Shown: positions 29,619 through 39,469 of the stretch, one piece after another | Position numbering within the stretch: position 1 is the first letter of the stretch | Layout of the letters: each line of letters starts with the position of its first letter | Source of the DNA: Candidatus Bathyarchaeota archaeon | GTDB lineage: Archaea; Thermoproteota; Bathyarchaeia; Bathyarchaeales; Bathycorpusculaceae | Assembly (NCBI GenBank): GCA_022865885.1 | Contig: JALHSQ010000055.1 | Location: 61,618 to 125,617, forward strand | DNA length: 64,000 nucleotides | Direction of reading: 5' to 3' | Notes under the pieces: generated by a model | The model's input: the letters and a program-made list of their open reading frames with translations, nothing else | The model's database searches: none | Told to the model about the DNA's origin: nothing | Made by a program: the position numbers and the translations under genes

Positions 29619-30409
29619 GCATCATGCTGAAGATTGATATTGTGAGAATCGACGTTCCATCTAGGAAAACATGCGAAGTAATCGACTATGTGGCTGAAGA
29701 AATACCGTTACAGATCGTCATAAACAAGACTCCCTACGCTACTCTTCGCTGTTCACCATCAAACCTGAAGGAACTGGCAATCGGTCACCTTCTGTCAGAA
29801 GGAATCCTGAAATCGGTTGACGAAATCGAAGGGCTGTCTTTGAGCGAGGAAGAAACAGTCTGCAGGGTCAAACTAAAGAAAGACATCAGCGCAGATAAGA
29901 GGTTGAGGCTCTCAAGGTCCTTTTCACGTGTAATCTTCTCAGCTTGCGGTGGTCGCTTGCCCTTTCGATCTGTGGGAAGACAACCCAAGATTCAGTCTGA
30001 TTTGATTGTCAAAGCTGAAGTGATAATGCAAGGTGTTGGTCGTCTTAACTCGGATGCCAAGATTTTCAGGAAAACAGGCGGAGTGCATGTTGCCGCAATG
30101 TATCTGAGTGATGGAACTCTCAAAGCTCTAGCTGAGGATGTCGGTAGGCACAATGCGGTTGACAAGGTGATTGGTGCCTGTGCTTTGGATAATACTGCTT
30201 TCAGTAGATGTTTTCTTGCTTTAAGCGGAAGATTGTCAGGGGACATAGTTCTCAAGGCAGCCAGAGTAGGTTTGCCAATAGTGGGCTCCTTGGCTGCGGC
30301 GATAGATTCAGGCATAGCAGTTGCAAAGAACGCTCACTTGACGTTGATAGGATTTGTGCGTGGAAATCGCATGAATGTTTACAGTGTGCCTGAGAGAATC
30401 TCTTTTTGA
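29615..30409 (+). CDS. fdhD: FdhD-family sulfurtransferase (formate dehydrogenase accessory protein)
   Basis: LAIGHLLSEGIL motif, catalytic SACGG loop, C-terminal LSGRLSGDIVLKAARVGLPIVGSLAA. Confidence 0.8.
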   Translation: MSIMLKIDIVRIDVPSRKTCEVIDYVAEEIPLQIVINKTPYATLRCSPSNLKELAIGHLLSEGILKSVDEIEGLSLSEEETVCRVKLKKDISADKRLRLSRSFSRVIFSACGGRLPFRSVGRQPKIQSDLIVKAEVIMQGVGRLNSDAKIFRKTGGVHVAAMYLSDGTLKALAEDVGRHNAVDKVIGACALDNTAFSRCFLALSGRLSGDIVLKAARVGLPIVGSLAAAIDSGIAVAKNAHLTLIGFVRGNRMNVYSVPERISF

Positions 30410-30469
30410 TTTTTACCAACGATGCGGGCATTGTTCACTTCAAGAAAAAGAGGGGAAGTTCTTGATTGA

Positions 30470-30964
30470 CTAAGTGTAGATGTAGAGCAGATCTCTTTTG
30501 AGCAGTGTGAAGATTATTATCGCGCTAACTATGAACTCTGGAACCAAGTATGTTGCGTTGTAGGCAGCTGAGTAGGCGACGACGTTCCAGCCTTCCCAAG
30601 CGTATTGTCCGAAGAAAACGATGCCTGATATGAAGTGGCAAATGAATCGACCAAGGATTCCTACTCCAACCCCTATGACGGGTCGCTTTTGGAAGGCGCC
30701 TGCCAAGCCCAAGGCGCCGAAAGCTAAGGGGTAGTCAAGCAGGATTTGTGTGGGATAGTAAATGTCTCCAGAGATGATCATGTGTACGAGTCCGTAAACT
30801 ATTCCTGCTTCTACTCCCCATCTGGGGCCTCGTCTCAATGCAAACCATAGTAGAGGGACCATACTTGCGATAGTTATGGTTCCGCCTTCTGGTAGTCTCA
30901 AGAAGGGAAGGTACAGTTTGCTTAGTATGTAGAGCACGTTTGCTAGGGCGATAAACACTATCAT
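30470..30964 (-). CDS. thiT: ThiT/YuaJ-like thiamine transporter (ECF S-component-type)
   Basis: LPEGGTITIASMVPLLWFAL resembles the YuaJ family. A TPP riboswitch sits immediately upstream on the same strand. Confidence 0.65.
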   Translation of the reverse strand: MIVFIALANVLYILSKLYLPFLRLPEGGTITIASMVPLLWFALRRGPRWGVEAGIVYGLVHMIISGDIYYPTQILLDYPLAFGALGLAGAFQKRPVIGVGVGILGRFICHFISGIVFFGQYAWEGWNVVAYSAAYNATYLVPEFIVSAIIIFTLLKRDLLYIYT

Positions 30965-31020
30965 TTCTGCTAGTATCTTCGATTCGACTGTGCTAGAAAC
31001 ATTGGGTCGTTTTATTTTTT

Positions 31021-31110
31021 TTTCCCACCGCCAGTATTATCTGGTTCAGGTTCTGTGGGTCGACAGTGTTCAACTGTCCTCTCAGCCGGGTCATTTTCCC
31101 AGCTCCCCTA
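31021..31110 (-). promoter_or_regulatory. TPP (THI-box) riboswitch in the 5' leader of the ThiT-like gene
   Basis: Minus-strand RNA GGGGAGCUGGG..GGCUGAGAGG..ACCCACAGAACCUGAACCAGAUAAUACUGGCGGUGGGAAA matches the THI element consensus (CUGAGA; ACCUGAUCUGGAUAAUGCCAGCG). Confidence 0.8.
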
Positions 31111-31300
31111 AACCTAGAGAGGGTAATTGCCCTGTCGGTATAAAAGCGTTTTGAGTGATACTTCATAATGTTACACCTTCTCTCTGGCATCAAGCAGCTC
31201 TTGTTTCTCATCATCTCTTTTAGCGGGTGCGCTTGTTTCATTAAACTTTAAATCCTTGGTAGGGTTGATTTGTTAAACTACAATATGGAGGAAGAATGAG

Positions 31301-32701
31301 ATGAACTTCGATTCAGTGACGATAGCGATGCTTGCAGGCATAGCTTTCTTGGCTGTCATTATTGTGATTGTCATCATTTCAAGAAGCTACACTGTTGTCA
31401 GAGCGCATGAAGCTCACATCGTCGTCAGAAGGAAGGGCAGAAAAGTATATTGTTCTAGGGAAGGGCAAAGAGCTGCCTATTGGTTTGTTCCTTATCTAAT
31501 GCAAAGATCGATCTTGCCGCTGGAGAACATTAAGCTCATGATCCCGAACGTTCCTTTGAGAGACATCGATATGGCAAAGTTTGCGGGTGACGTCAGGTGT
31601 TGGTTGAACATAGAGAATCCTGATCTTGCTGCAGAGAAGCTGGGCAAAGTGGAAACTGAAGAGAAAACGGGTTTTCCTGCGATACAGGCTGACGTCAAGG
31701 ACCTGATTGAAGCCGTTGCAAGGAACTCTTCTATGAAGATGGACGTCGTCAACATTATGAAGGACAGAGCCAAGTTCAGCCAGACAGTGAAGGACGAAGT
31801 GGCTCCTATCCTGAAGGCTGAATGGGGAATCAAGATTGCCGGTTTGGAAGTCATCTACTTCAGAGACATTGAGGGCTACACTATTATCAAGGATATTGAG
31901 GCTAGACAGGCAAAACTGATCGAGACGGAGACAAGGAAGCAGTTGGCAGACTATGAGAAGAACGCAGCTATAGTTGAGGCAATCACTAATCAGGAGAAAG
32001 AGACACAGAAGGCTCAGGCAGAAGAGGCATACAGAATCAGACAGATTCAGAAGGATCAGGCTATTGGGCAAAGCGATCAGCAGAAACAACAAAACATCGC
32101 CCAAGCTACTCAGGAGGCAAACAAGCAAACCGTAGAGGCTAACAGAATCTTGACTGTGGGAAATGCTGAGATTGAGAAGCAGGCTGCCGTAACCAAGGCC
32201 GAAGGAGAAGCCCAATCCAACGTAAGAAGAGGAGAAGGAACAGCTGCGGTCACAAAGCTGACGGGTTTTGCAGAAGCAGACGTGAACAAGCAGAAGCTCT
32301 TTGCAGAGGCAGAGGGAACTGAAAAGAAAGCCTTAGCCCTGAAGCAATATAATGAAGCGGGTCTATCCTTGGAAGTCATCAGAGCAAACCAAATCATCAA
32401 GCAGGCACAGTTTGCTGCCCTTGGCGAGGGACTGAAAGTCGCCAGAATCAACTTGGTCACAAGCGGTGAAAGCAACATTCTAGGCATTCCTGTGAGTGCA
32501 GAGATGGGAGCAGACCTTGGAGCTATGCTCATTGCGTTGCAGAATCAGGGAATAGACGTCAACGATCTTCTGAGAAAACTGCCAATATCTGAGACAGCTA
32601 AACTGGCAATAGCTGCAAAAGCAGGAATCATCATAGCCAAGGAAGGAACAAAGGAAGCAACCAAAGAATCCCAACCCAAAGGCAAGAAGGGATCTGAATG
32701 A
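31301..32701 (+). CDS. SPFH/band-7 flotillin-like protein with long EA/Q-rich coiled-coil tail
   Basis: N-terminal TM, SPFH core, C-terminal repeats (QKAQAEEAYRIRQIQKDQAIGQ). GGAGG RBS 10 nt upstream. Confidence 0.8.
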   Translation: MNFDSVTIAMLAGIAFLAVIIVIVIISRSYTVVRAHEAHIVVRRKGRKVYCSREGQRAAYWFVPYLMQRSILPLENIKLMIPNVPLRDIDMAKFAGDVRCWLNIENPDLAAEKLGKVETEEKTGFPAIQADVKDLIEAVARNSSMKMDVVNIMKDRAKFSQTVKDEVAPILKAEWGIKIAGLEVIYFRDIEGYTIIKDIEARQAKLIETETRKQLADYEKNAAIVEAITNQEKETQKAQAEEAYRIRQIQKDQAIGQSDQQKQQNIAQATQEANKQTVEANRILTVGNAEIEKQAAVTKAEGEAQSNVRRGEGTAAVTKLTGFAEADVNKQKLFAEAEGTEKKALALKQYNEAGLSLEVIRANQIIKQAQFAALGEGLKVARINLVTSGESNILGIPVSAEMGADLGAMLIALQNQGIDVNDLLRKLPISETAKLAIAAKAGIIIAKEGTKEATKESQPKGKKGSE

Positions 32702-32967
32702 CTCAAATAGATCTTGACAAGCTCAGTCCAAGGGCCAAAGACCTGTTGCAGATCTTTGCAAAGACAAGCGGAGTTGAAGATCTTGCAACAGTAGTTCAGG
32801 ATGAAACCTTCTCAATCTTTGAGCTCATGAAGCTGATCGACACTACGAGAGACCCGAAGATCTACCCGCAGGATGCCGCACTCGTCTTCAATACAGTGAA
32901 GGCGGTGCTAGCTAAATTCAGCAGATTTGGTCAGCCTACAAAAATCGCGGATCAAGAGCCCAAATAA
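32698..32967 (+). CDS. Small hypothetical protein translationally coupled (ATGA overlap) to the flotillin gene
   Basis: 89 aa. Start overlaps the flotillin stop. Confidence 0.35.
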   Translation: MTQIDLDKLSPRAKDLLQIFAKTSGVEDLATVVQDETFSIFELMKLIDTTRDPKIYPQDAALVFNTVKAVLAKFSRFGQPTKIADQEPK

Positions 32968-33235
32968 CCTCTCCCTCTTTTTGTGTAGAATCTGCTCTGC
33001 AGCTGAGAAAAATAGCGCCTGCCAGAACAGTGAAAACCTAACAGGCTTTGCTGTTGTTTCACAGCAAGAAATAGAATGAAAGTGTCAAGATCATAGTTAC
33101 ACCCGCGCAAGAATCGATTGGCAAGAAAAACGATGTAAAATGGTTGTAGAGTCGCATCCAGAAGGCTTTTTATTCTGTACATTTAATTTTCCTAGGCATA
33201 ATTGAAGATTGCGCTTTGGGTATGGTTGATGGAAA

Positions 33236-35695
33236 ATGAATGCGTTGCCTAAAGAGTTCGATGTTCTGTCGATTGAGAAGAAGTGGCAGAGTAAATGGGA
33301 AGAGATGGGCATTTACCATTTTGATAGGGAGGATAAGACGAGTCAGACGTTCTGCATCGATACTCCTCCGCCCTATCCTTCGGGCGATTTTCACATGGGA
33401 AACGTGTTAAACTGGTCATACTTTGATTTTGTCGCTAGATTCAAGCGGATGAGGGGATTCAACGTGTATTTCCCTCAGGGTTGGGACTGCCATGGTCTAG
33501 GCATTGAAGTTCAAGTCGAAAAGGAGCATAAAATCAGGAAAAGGGAAATGTCGCCTAACGAGTTCAGGAAACTGTGCGAGCTGATGGTTGAAAAATACAT
33601 TGCGATAATGAAAGAGGGGATTGTGCGTCTTGGCTGTAGCACTGATTGGACGACAGAATATCGAACCATGAATCCTGACTATTGGCGACGGACTCAATTG
33701 AGCTTCATACTTCTGCATAAGAAAGGCTTCATGTATCAGGGCACGCACCCAGTGAATTGGTGCCCGCGATGCGAGACAGCGATAGCAGATGCTGAAGTGA
33801 ACTATGAGGCGCATGAAGGCACGCTTCACTACATACGGTTCCCATTTGAGAAGAGCAAAGAACACCTTTTGATAGCGACGACACGTCCAGAACTCATACC
33901 CGCATGTGTGGCCGTTGCTGTATGTCCCACCGACGCTCGATTCAGCAAGTTTGCCGGACGGAAAATCATGGTGCCCATCATAGATCGCGCTGTTCCAATA
34001 ATCTTGGATGAGACAGTTGATCCAACCTTCGGCACAGGAGTCGTGATGATTTGCACTTACGGAGACAAGGCAGACGTGCGAACGGTACTTACGCATAAGC
34101 TTCCATCGAGGATAATACTAACCGAGAATGGTAGAATAAACGAGAACGGAGGAAAATACGCGGGATTGACCACAAGCGAAGCGAAGAAGGCAATAGTCAA
34201 CGATCTGGAGCAAGAGGGGCTGCTTGAGAAAACTGAAAAGCTCAAACAGGAAATTGGTTCATGCGATAGGTGCGAAACGCGTGTAGAGATTCTTGAGCTT
34301 GAGCAATGGTTTATGAAAACACGGGTTCTGACGGAGAAGGTTGAGAAGACGGCAAACGAAGTCGTGTGGTATCCTGACTACATGAAAACACGTTTGGTAG
34401 ACTGGGCACGCTCGCTTGACTGGGACTGGGTGATAAGTCGGCAACGCATTTTCGCTACGCCAATTCCGGTATGGTACTGCAAGAACTGTGGCGAAGTGCT
34501 TTTGGCTGAGGAGAGTTGGGTTCCGATTGACCCGAAAGCTGAAAAACCTCACATTGATAAGTGTCCCTCGTGTGCAGGCTCCGAGTTCACTCCAGAGACA
34601 GATGTTTTTGACACGTGGATGGACTCGTCAATATCATGTGCGGTTCATGCTGGCTGGCCTGACCGCAAAGACTGGAGAAGACTGTTTCCAGCAGATCTGC
34701 ACCCATCAGGCATAGACATCATACGAACTTGGGCATACTATCTCATGGTAAGGCACTTGGCACTATTCGATGAAACGCCGTATAAGATCTGTTTGATCAA
34801 TGGCATGGTTTTGGGTGAAGACGGCAGAAAAATGAGCAAGTCGCTCAAGAACTATGCTGCTGCTCCAGAAGTTCTGAACAAGTATGGTGCTGATGCCGCT
34901 AGACAGTGGGCTGCAGGTGGCGGTGCAACTGGATCAGACATACCTTTCCGCTGGCCAGACGTTGAATATGGCTGGCGTTTCCTAATCAAACTGTGGAACG
35001 CTGCAAGATTCGTGAGCAGTCTCTTGGAGGACTTCACGCTGAGAGAAGACGTGAAGTACCCGCTTCAACCATTGGACAAGTGGATTCTAAGCAAGACTGA
35101 AAGGCTCACTGAGAAAGTTACAGAAGCCTTTGACACATGCCAATTCAATATAGCATTGGAGGAGACTCGCAACTTTGCATGGCACGTTTTCTGTGACAGC
35201 TACATCGAGGCTGTGAAAGATAGGCTGTACAAACCGGAATTCTACGGTGAAGAAAAGAGAAGAGCAGCACAATACACTCTCTATACAGTACTATCTCGGA
35301 TTCTGCAGTTGCTTGCTCCAATAACGCCGCATGTGACAGAGGAAATCTATCAGATAATGTACGCTACAGAAGGAAAGTGCAAGAGCATACATCTATTGGC
35401 TTGGCCAACACCAGATGAAAAATGCGTGGATGAAGAGGCAGAAAATCACGGTGACCTCGTAATAGCCGTAATGAACGAGATTAGAAGGGAAAAATCTGAA
35501 AAACACCTCCCACTAAACACGCAGATCAAGAAACTGACGATCTACGCAGAAGGAAAGGATTCGAAATCGATTAAGGAGAGTAGAGAAGACATAGCTGGAA
35601 CATGCAAGGTTGCAGATTTTCAAGTTATATCTAAGAAGGGTGAAGGCAGAGAAGTAAAGCTCCACGAGAACATTCGCTTTGTCGCTGAATATTGA
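33236..35695 (+). CDS. valS: Valyl-tRNA synthetase
   Basis: HIGH-region PPPYPSGDFHMGN, KMSKS, CP1 editing block IATTRPELIPACVAVAVCPTDARF (ValRS-like ATTRPET..AVAV.P.D.RY), ISRQRIFATPIPVWYC. Confidence 0.8.
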   Translation: MNALPKEFDVLSIEKKWQSKWEEMGIYHFDREDKTSQTFCIDTPPPYPSGDFHMGNVLNWSYFDFVARFKRMRGFNVYFPQGWDCHGLGIEVQVEKEHKIRKREMSPNEFRKLCELMVEKYIAIMKEGIVRLGCSTDWTTEYRTMNPDYWRRTQLSFILLHKKGFMYQGTHPVNWCPRCETAIADAEVNYEAHEGTLHYIRFPFEKSKEHLLIATTRPELIPACVAVAVCPTDARFSKFAGRKIMVPIIDRAVPIILDETVDPTFGTGVVMICTYGDKADVRTVLTHKLPSRIILTENGRINENGGKYAGLTTSEAKKAIVNDLEQEGLLEKTEKLKQEIGSCDRCETRVEILELEQWFMKTRVLTEKVEKTANEVVWYPDYMKTRLVDWARSLDWDWVISRQRIFATPIPVWYCKNCGEVLLAEESWVPIDPKAEKPHIDKCPSCAGSEFTPETDVFDTWMDSSISCAVHAGWPDRKDWRRLFPADLHPSGIDIIRTWAYYLMVRHLALFDETPYKICLINGMVLGEDGRKMSKSLKNYAAAPEVLNKYGADAARQWAAGGGATGSDIPFRWPDVEYGWRFLIKLWNAARFVSSLLEDFTLREDVKYPLQPLDKWILSKTERLTEKVTEAFDTCQFNIALEETRNFAWHVFCDSYIEAVKDRLYKPEFYGEEKRRAAQYTLYTVLSRILQLLAPITPHVTEEIYQIMYATEGKCKSIHLLAWPTPDEKCVDEEAENHGDLVIAVMNEIRREKSEKHLPLNTQIKKLTIYAEGKDSKSIKESREDIAGTCKVADFQVISKKGEGREVKLHENIRFVAEY

Positions 35696-35720
35696 TAGCC
35701 TTCGCTTGAGGCGCTGAAGA

Positions 35721-36461
35721 ATGAAAAAAGTCGGGATCATAGGCTGTGGCGCAATAGGCACATTGATTGCAACCGCAGTTGAAAAAAGGATCGTCCCTTG
35801 CGACGAATTGGTCCTATATGACTGTAACATTGAAAAAGCAAAAGCACTCAAGAAATCGCTGAACTTTCCAGCTACACTCGTCGAAAGCCTCGAAGAAATG
35901 ATCAAGCGCAAACCAGCGATCATCGTTGAGGCAGCATCTCAACAAGCTGCCAAGGATTATTTACCTAGAATCTTGGCCGCGAAAGTTGAGGTGATAGTGA
36001 TGAGCGTGGGAGCACTCTTGGACATGGATGTGGAAAGCAGCAAGGTCCACATACCTTCAGGAGCCATCGGAGGTTTAGATGCTATTTTCAGTGCCTCGTT
36101 AGCTGGGATTGAAGAGGTTGTCTTGACTTCAAGAAAGAATCCAAAGGCTTTGGAGCTAGTCACTCGGGAAGAGAAGTTGGTTTACGAGGGCGTGGCAGAA
36201 GATGCGGCTAGACGTTTTCCTCGGGAAATGAACGTTGCTGCTATCTTGGCTTTAACTGTTAAGCCGGCGAAGGTGAGGGTAATGATAATTGCTGATCCAA
36301 AAGTAACCCGAAACACTCATGAAATAAAGGTAAGATGGAAGCATGGTGATATGCTCCTGAAGTTCTCTAATGACCCTCATCCGCAGAATCGGAAAACAAG
36401 CGCCTTAGCAGCGTGGTCTGCGATAGGGCTACTTAAGCGAATCTTGGAAAATCAATCTTAG
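35721..36461 (+). CDS. nadX: L-aspartate dehydrogenase (NadX family)
   Basis: MKKVGIIGCGAIG Rossmann start. About 245 aa. NadX-like C-terminal blocks. Confidence 0.7.
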   Translation: MKKVGIIGCGAIGTLIATAVEKRIVPCDELVLYDCNIEKAKALKKSLNFPATLVESLEEMIKRKPAIIVEAASQQAAKDYLPRILAAKVEVIVMSVGALLDMDVESSKVHIPSGAIGGLDAIFSASLAGIEEVVLTSRKNPKALELVTREEKLVYEGVAEDAARRFPREMNVAAILALTVKPAKVRVMIIADPKVTRNTHEIKVRWKHGDMLLKFSNDPHPQNRKTSALAAWSAIGLLKRILENQS

Positions 36462-37606
36462 CTGCACCGTTTGATTGCGCTGGTAAGCTTGTCGATCTCT
36501 TCTTCCGTGTTGTAGAAGTGTGGCGAAACTCTTATTCCATTGGATATGGCCGAGACGATTATGCCTTTGTTGCCCAGTTTTTCAGTTACCTTTTGCGGTT
36601 TGCCTATTTTGAAGTTGACTATTCCAGAGCGATATTGCTCTTCTTGTGGCGTTTGAATTTCAAGCTTCAAGCTTTTCAATGCGTCTATCAAATAGTCTGT
36701 TAGCTTCAGGATTCTTCTTCTGACGTTCTCGATTCCAAAATCTAGCAGTATCTTCATTGATTCTTTGGCTCCTACGTAGCTTATGCGACTTGGCGTGCCA
36801 GTTTCGAAGCGACTTGCTGTTTTTGAAAGCTCCATGTGCCATATGTCCCAGAAATCCGCGGTGTTGAAGGCTTCTTGTTTTACGCTTGCCCATCCTACGA
36901 ATGGAGGTTCAAGTTTCTCGATCAGATCCTCTTTAACATACAAGTACGCTGCACCAATTGGGCCTAGAAGCCACTTGTAGCATGAGGTTGTCATGAAATC
37001 AACGTCGTCTCTCTTGACGTCAACGTGCATGGTTCCGACTGATTGTATGGCGTCAACGATCAGGTATGCTCCGTGTTCATGGACTATTTCACTTAATACG
37101 CGCAGGTTGTGGCGGAAACCATTGGAGTATTCAACATGGCTTACTGCTACGGCAACGGTTTTGTCGTCAACTGCTTTCTCCACGTCGTCTAGCAGGATTT
37201 TTCCGTTGACGTTTTTCACGTAGCAGATTTTCACGCCAAGTTTCTTTCGAAGCCAAGGATAGACGACTGAAGGATATTCTAGGTCTGTGGTGACTATTTT
37301 TGACCCTGACGGATAGTTGAGTGCGTTTGCAGCTATGTTCAAGCCCGTAGACGTGTTTTCGACGAAGGCTGTTTCTTCGGGGGTTGCTCCGACTAGTTTT
37401 GCGAATAATGGTTTTCCGCCGTCATCCCATTCAGTCGAAGTTACGTCAGAGTTTGAGGCTTCGTCAACGTACTTGTGAATTGCGTCTGCAGCTGGTTTCG
37501 GTAGAGGAGATTGTGCAGCATGGTTTAGAAACGTCTTGGTCTTTGTGATTGGAAATAGTTCCCTTGTCTTCTTCATGTCTTCCATGAGAACGCCTTCTTT
37601 GGGCAT
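36458..37606 (-). CDS. Class V-fold PLP-dependent aminotransferase/desulfurase-like enzyme
   Basis: TSCYKWLLGP PLP-lysine motif. 382 aa. Confidence 0.7.
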   Translation of the reverse strand: MPKEGVLMEDMKKTRELFPITKTKTFLNHAAQSPLPKPAADAIHKYVDEASNSDVTSTEWDDGGKPLFAKLVGATPEETAFVENTSTGLNIAANALNYPSGSKIVTTDLEYPSVVYPWLRKKLGVKICYVKNVNGKILLDDVEKAVDDKTVAVAVSHVEYSNGFRHNLRVLSEIVHEHGAYLIVDAIQSVGTMHVDVKRDDVDFMTTSCYKWLLGPIGAAYLYVKEDLIEKLEPPFVGWASVKQEAFNTADFWDIWHMELSKTASRFETGTPSRISYVGAKESMKILLDFGIENVRRRILKLTDYLIDALKSLKLEIQTPQEEQYRSGIVNFKIGKPQKVTEKLGNKGIIVSAISNGIRVSPHFYNTEEEIDKLTSAIKRCS

Positions 37607-37698
37607 CTTTCAGAAATCATTGATAATAATGTCTAACTATTAAAGCCTCAAGGTTTGCCAAGCATTTGAGCGAAATCATTGAACGCCCTACTCGTGTT

Positions 37699-38796
37699 TT
37701 ATTGGACACCCGACATTGCGAAACCGCCGAAGCACGCCCAATGTTTTCTGAGCAGCCTTCTCAGTTCATCGATTGACTTTTCAACTTGCCCGCGGCATTG
37801 AAGCGGTTCAGTTGGCGGGGGGTGCTGTTCTTTGATGTTGATCTCTTGCATGTTTGTCATTCCTGCAATGAGTGCATACCAACAAGGCGGCAGGACTCTT
37901 GGATTGTATCCACTACCCGGAATCAGAACCAGTCTTCCATCGCATGCGTTTTCAGCCGTTTTCTTGATTAATCGTGAGATGTCAAAGAAGCCTTGAACTG
38001 TCAGACTTAGATTGCCGAGCATGTCTGCGAAGTGTGGGTCACTTCCTCCGTTTGCAATGATTATTTCGGGTTTGAACTCCTCAGCCAGTGGCACAAAGAT
38101 CTCGTTTAAGGCGTGAAGGTATGTTTTGTCGCCGGTTCCGGGTGGCAACGGTACGTTTACGTTGTAGCCTTCTCCTTTTCCTTCGCCGATTTGCCATGTG
38201 AATCCTGTTCCCGGGTAGATTGTGCGTGGGTCCTGATGCAATGAAGTGTAAAGCACAGTTGGGTCTCGATAGTAGATGTCGCTTGTTCCATTTCCAAAGT
38301 GAACGTCATAGTCAAGAACCAGAAACCGTTTAACGTTGTAACTGGTTCTCAGGTGTTCAATCAGGATGGCTATGTCATTGATAAGGCAAAATCCGCCGCC
38401 GTAGCTTCTCCCAGCGTGATGGTATCCTCCACCTATGGAAACTGCACGTTTTGCCTTACCTTCCAGAACGTGCTTGCCGCACTCGATTGCACCACCGACA
38501 ATGAGCAGGGCTGCTTCGAGGATTTCTGGGGTGACAGGTGTTTCAAAATCGTATGACTTCCTTTCTTGGGCTAATCGAAAGATTGACTTAACGTAGCCTC
38601 TTTCATGTACCCTCAGTAGATCTTCGGTTGACGCTGGTTTAGGTGTAACGATGGAGATTTCAGGGCGGTCAAATAGGTGTTGTTCTTGAAAGAATCTCAT
38701 CGCGTTCTGAAACCTGTCTCCTCTGAATGGGTGTCCTTCGCCAAGATCATACTGCTTGTATTTTTCGTGAAAAGTCAATATCATGTCCGTGGGCAA
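37699..38796 (-). CDS. Histone deacetylase/AcuC/acetylpolyamine amidohydrolase family protein
   Basis: GGGYHHAGRSYGGGFCLINDIAI and VLDYDVHFGNGT motifs. Confidence 0.85.
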   Translation of the reverse strand: MPTDMILTFHEKYKQYDLGEGHPFRGDRFQNAMRFFQEQHLFDRPEISIVTPKPASTEDLLRVHERGYVKSIFRLAQERKSYDFETPVTPEILEAALLIVGGAIECGKHVLEGKAKRAVSIGGGYHHAGRSYGGGFCLINDIAILIEHLRTSYNVKRFLVLDYDVHFGNGTSDIYYRDPTVLYTSLHQDPRTIYPGTGFTWQIGEGKGEGYNVNVPLPPGTGDKTYLHALNEIFVPLAEEFKPEIIIANGGSDPHFADMLGNLSLTVQGFFDISRLIKKTAENACDGRLVLIPGSGYNPRVLPPCWYALIAGMTNMQEINIKEQHPPPTEPLQCRGQVEKSIDELRRLLRKHWACFGGFAMSGVQ

Positions 38797-38908
38797 TCAT
38801 GACACGCTCATGCAAGGATGCGCTTAGGTGTTATTATGCCGTTTCGGAAAAAAAAGATGTTTTTTTTTGCTGAGAACAAAAAAGGGAGGGTTAAATGGTT
38901 CTGCGCTG

Positions 38909-39469
38909 CTATGCAGCTTGTTTCTCTTCACCCTCAGTTCCAGACTCTGCTGATTGCGGTGTCTCAAGTTCCTCCGGAGTTTCTTGCTGAGCTTCTGCGT
39001 TTGCTTCCTTGTTTTTTATGAATTCAATGATGGGTTCTTGCAGTTTCGTTTCCGCATTTTCGTTGTCTGCAAATGGGTTGCTGCTTGAAAGCTGGTTTGA
39101 TGCTTCTGTCATTGCGAACAGTTCTTGCCTTGAGGTGTCAAGTCCCATTGATAGCACGTTTATTTCACGTTGGTAGACTTGGTCTTCGACTTCGCCGATT
39201 ATGTGTTGGATCTCGAAGTTTGTAAGAAGGATTTCCAAGGTTTTGATTTGTTCACCGAGTTCGGTCATCTTTGAGTTCATTTTTTGCACCAAGTCTTTCC
39301 GCTGGTTTTCAATGTCTGCGATGGCTTCAGCTATTTCCTTGCTGAACAAGTCGTATGTGGCTTGAGAGATTTTTCCCGTATCCAACAAATTGTCCAAGGC
39401 TTGCTTCTTTTTCTTTGAGGTCTCGTATTCTTCGTTTAGTCTTTTGAAAGATGACTTCCACGAAATCAA
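38909..39469 (-). CDS. Coiled-coil protein with acidic C-terminal tail (hypothetical)
   Basis: Heptad-rich. Followed by a T-run terminator at approx 38850-38875. Confidence 0.4.
   Translation of the reverse strand: MISWKSSFKRLNEEYETSKKKKQALDNLLDTGKISQATYDLFSKEIAEAIADIENQRKDLVQKMNSKMTELGEQIKTLEILLTNFEIQHIIGEVEDQVYQREINVLSMGLDTSRQELFAMTEASNQLSSSNPFADNENAETKLQEPIIEFIKNKEANAEAQQETPEELETPQSAESGTEGEEKQAA

Noticed and set aside
30993-31241. 82-aa ORF on the minus strand
   Set aside because: It lies entirely over the TPP riboswitch and leader of the ThiT-like gene. No coding signature. Spurious.
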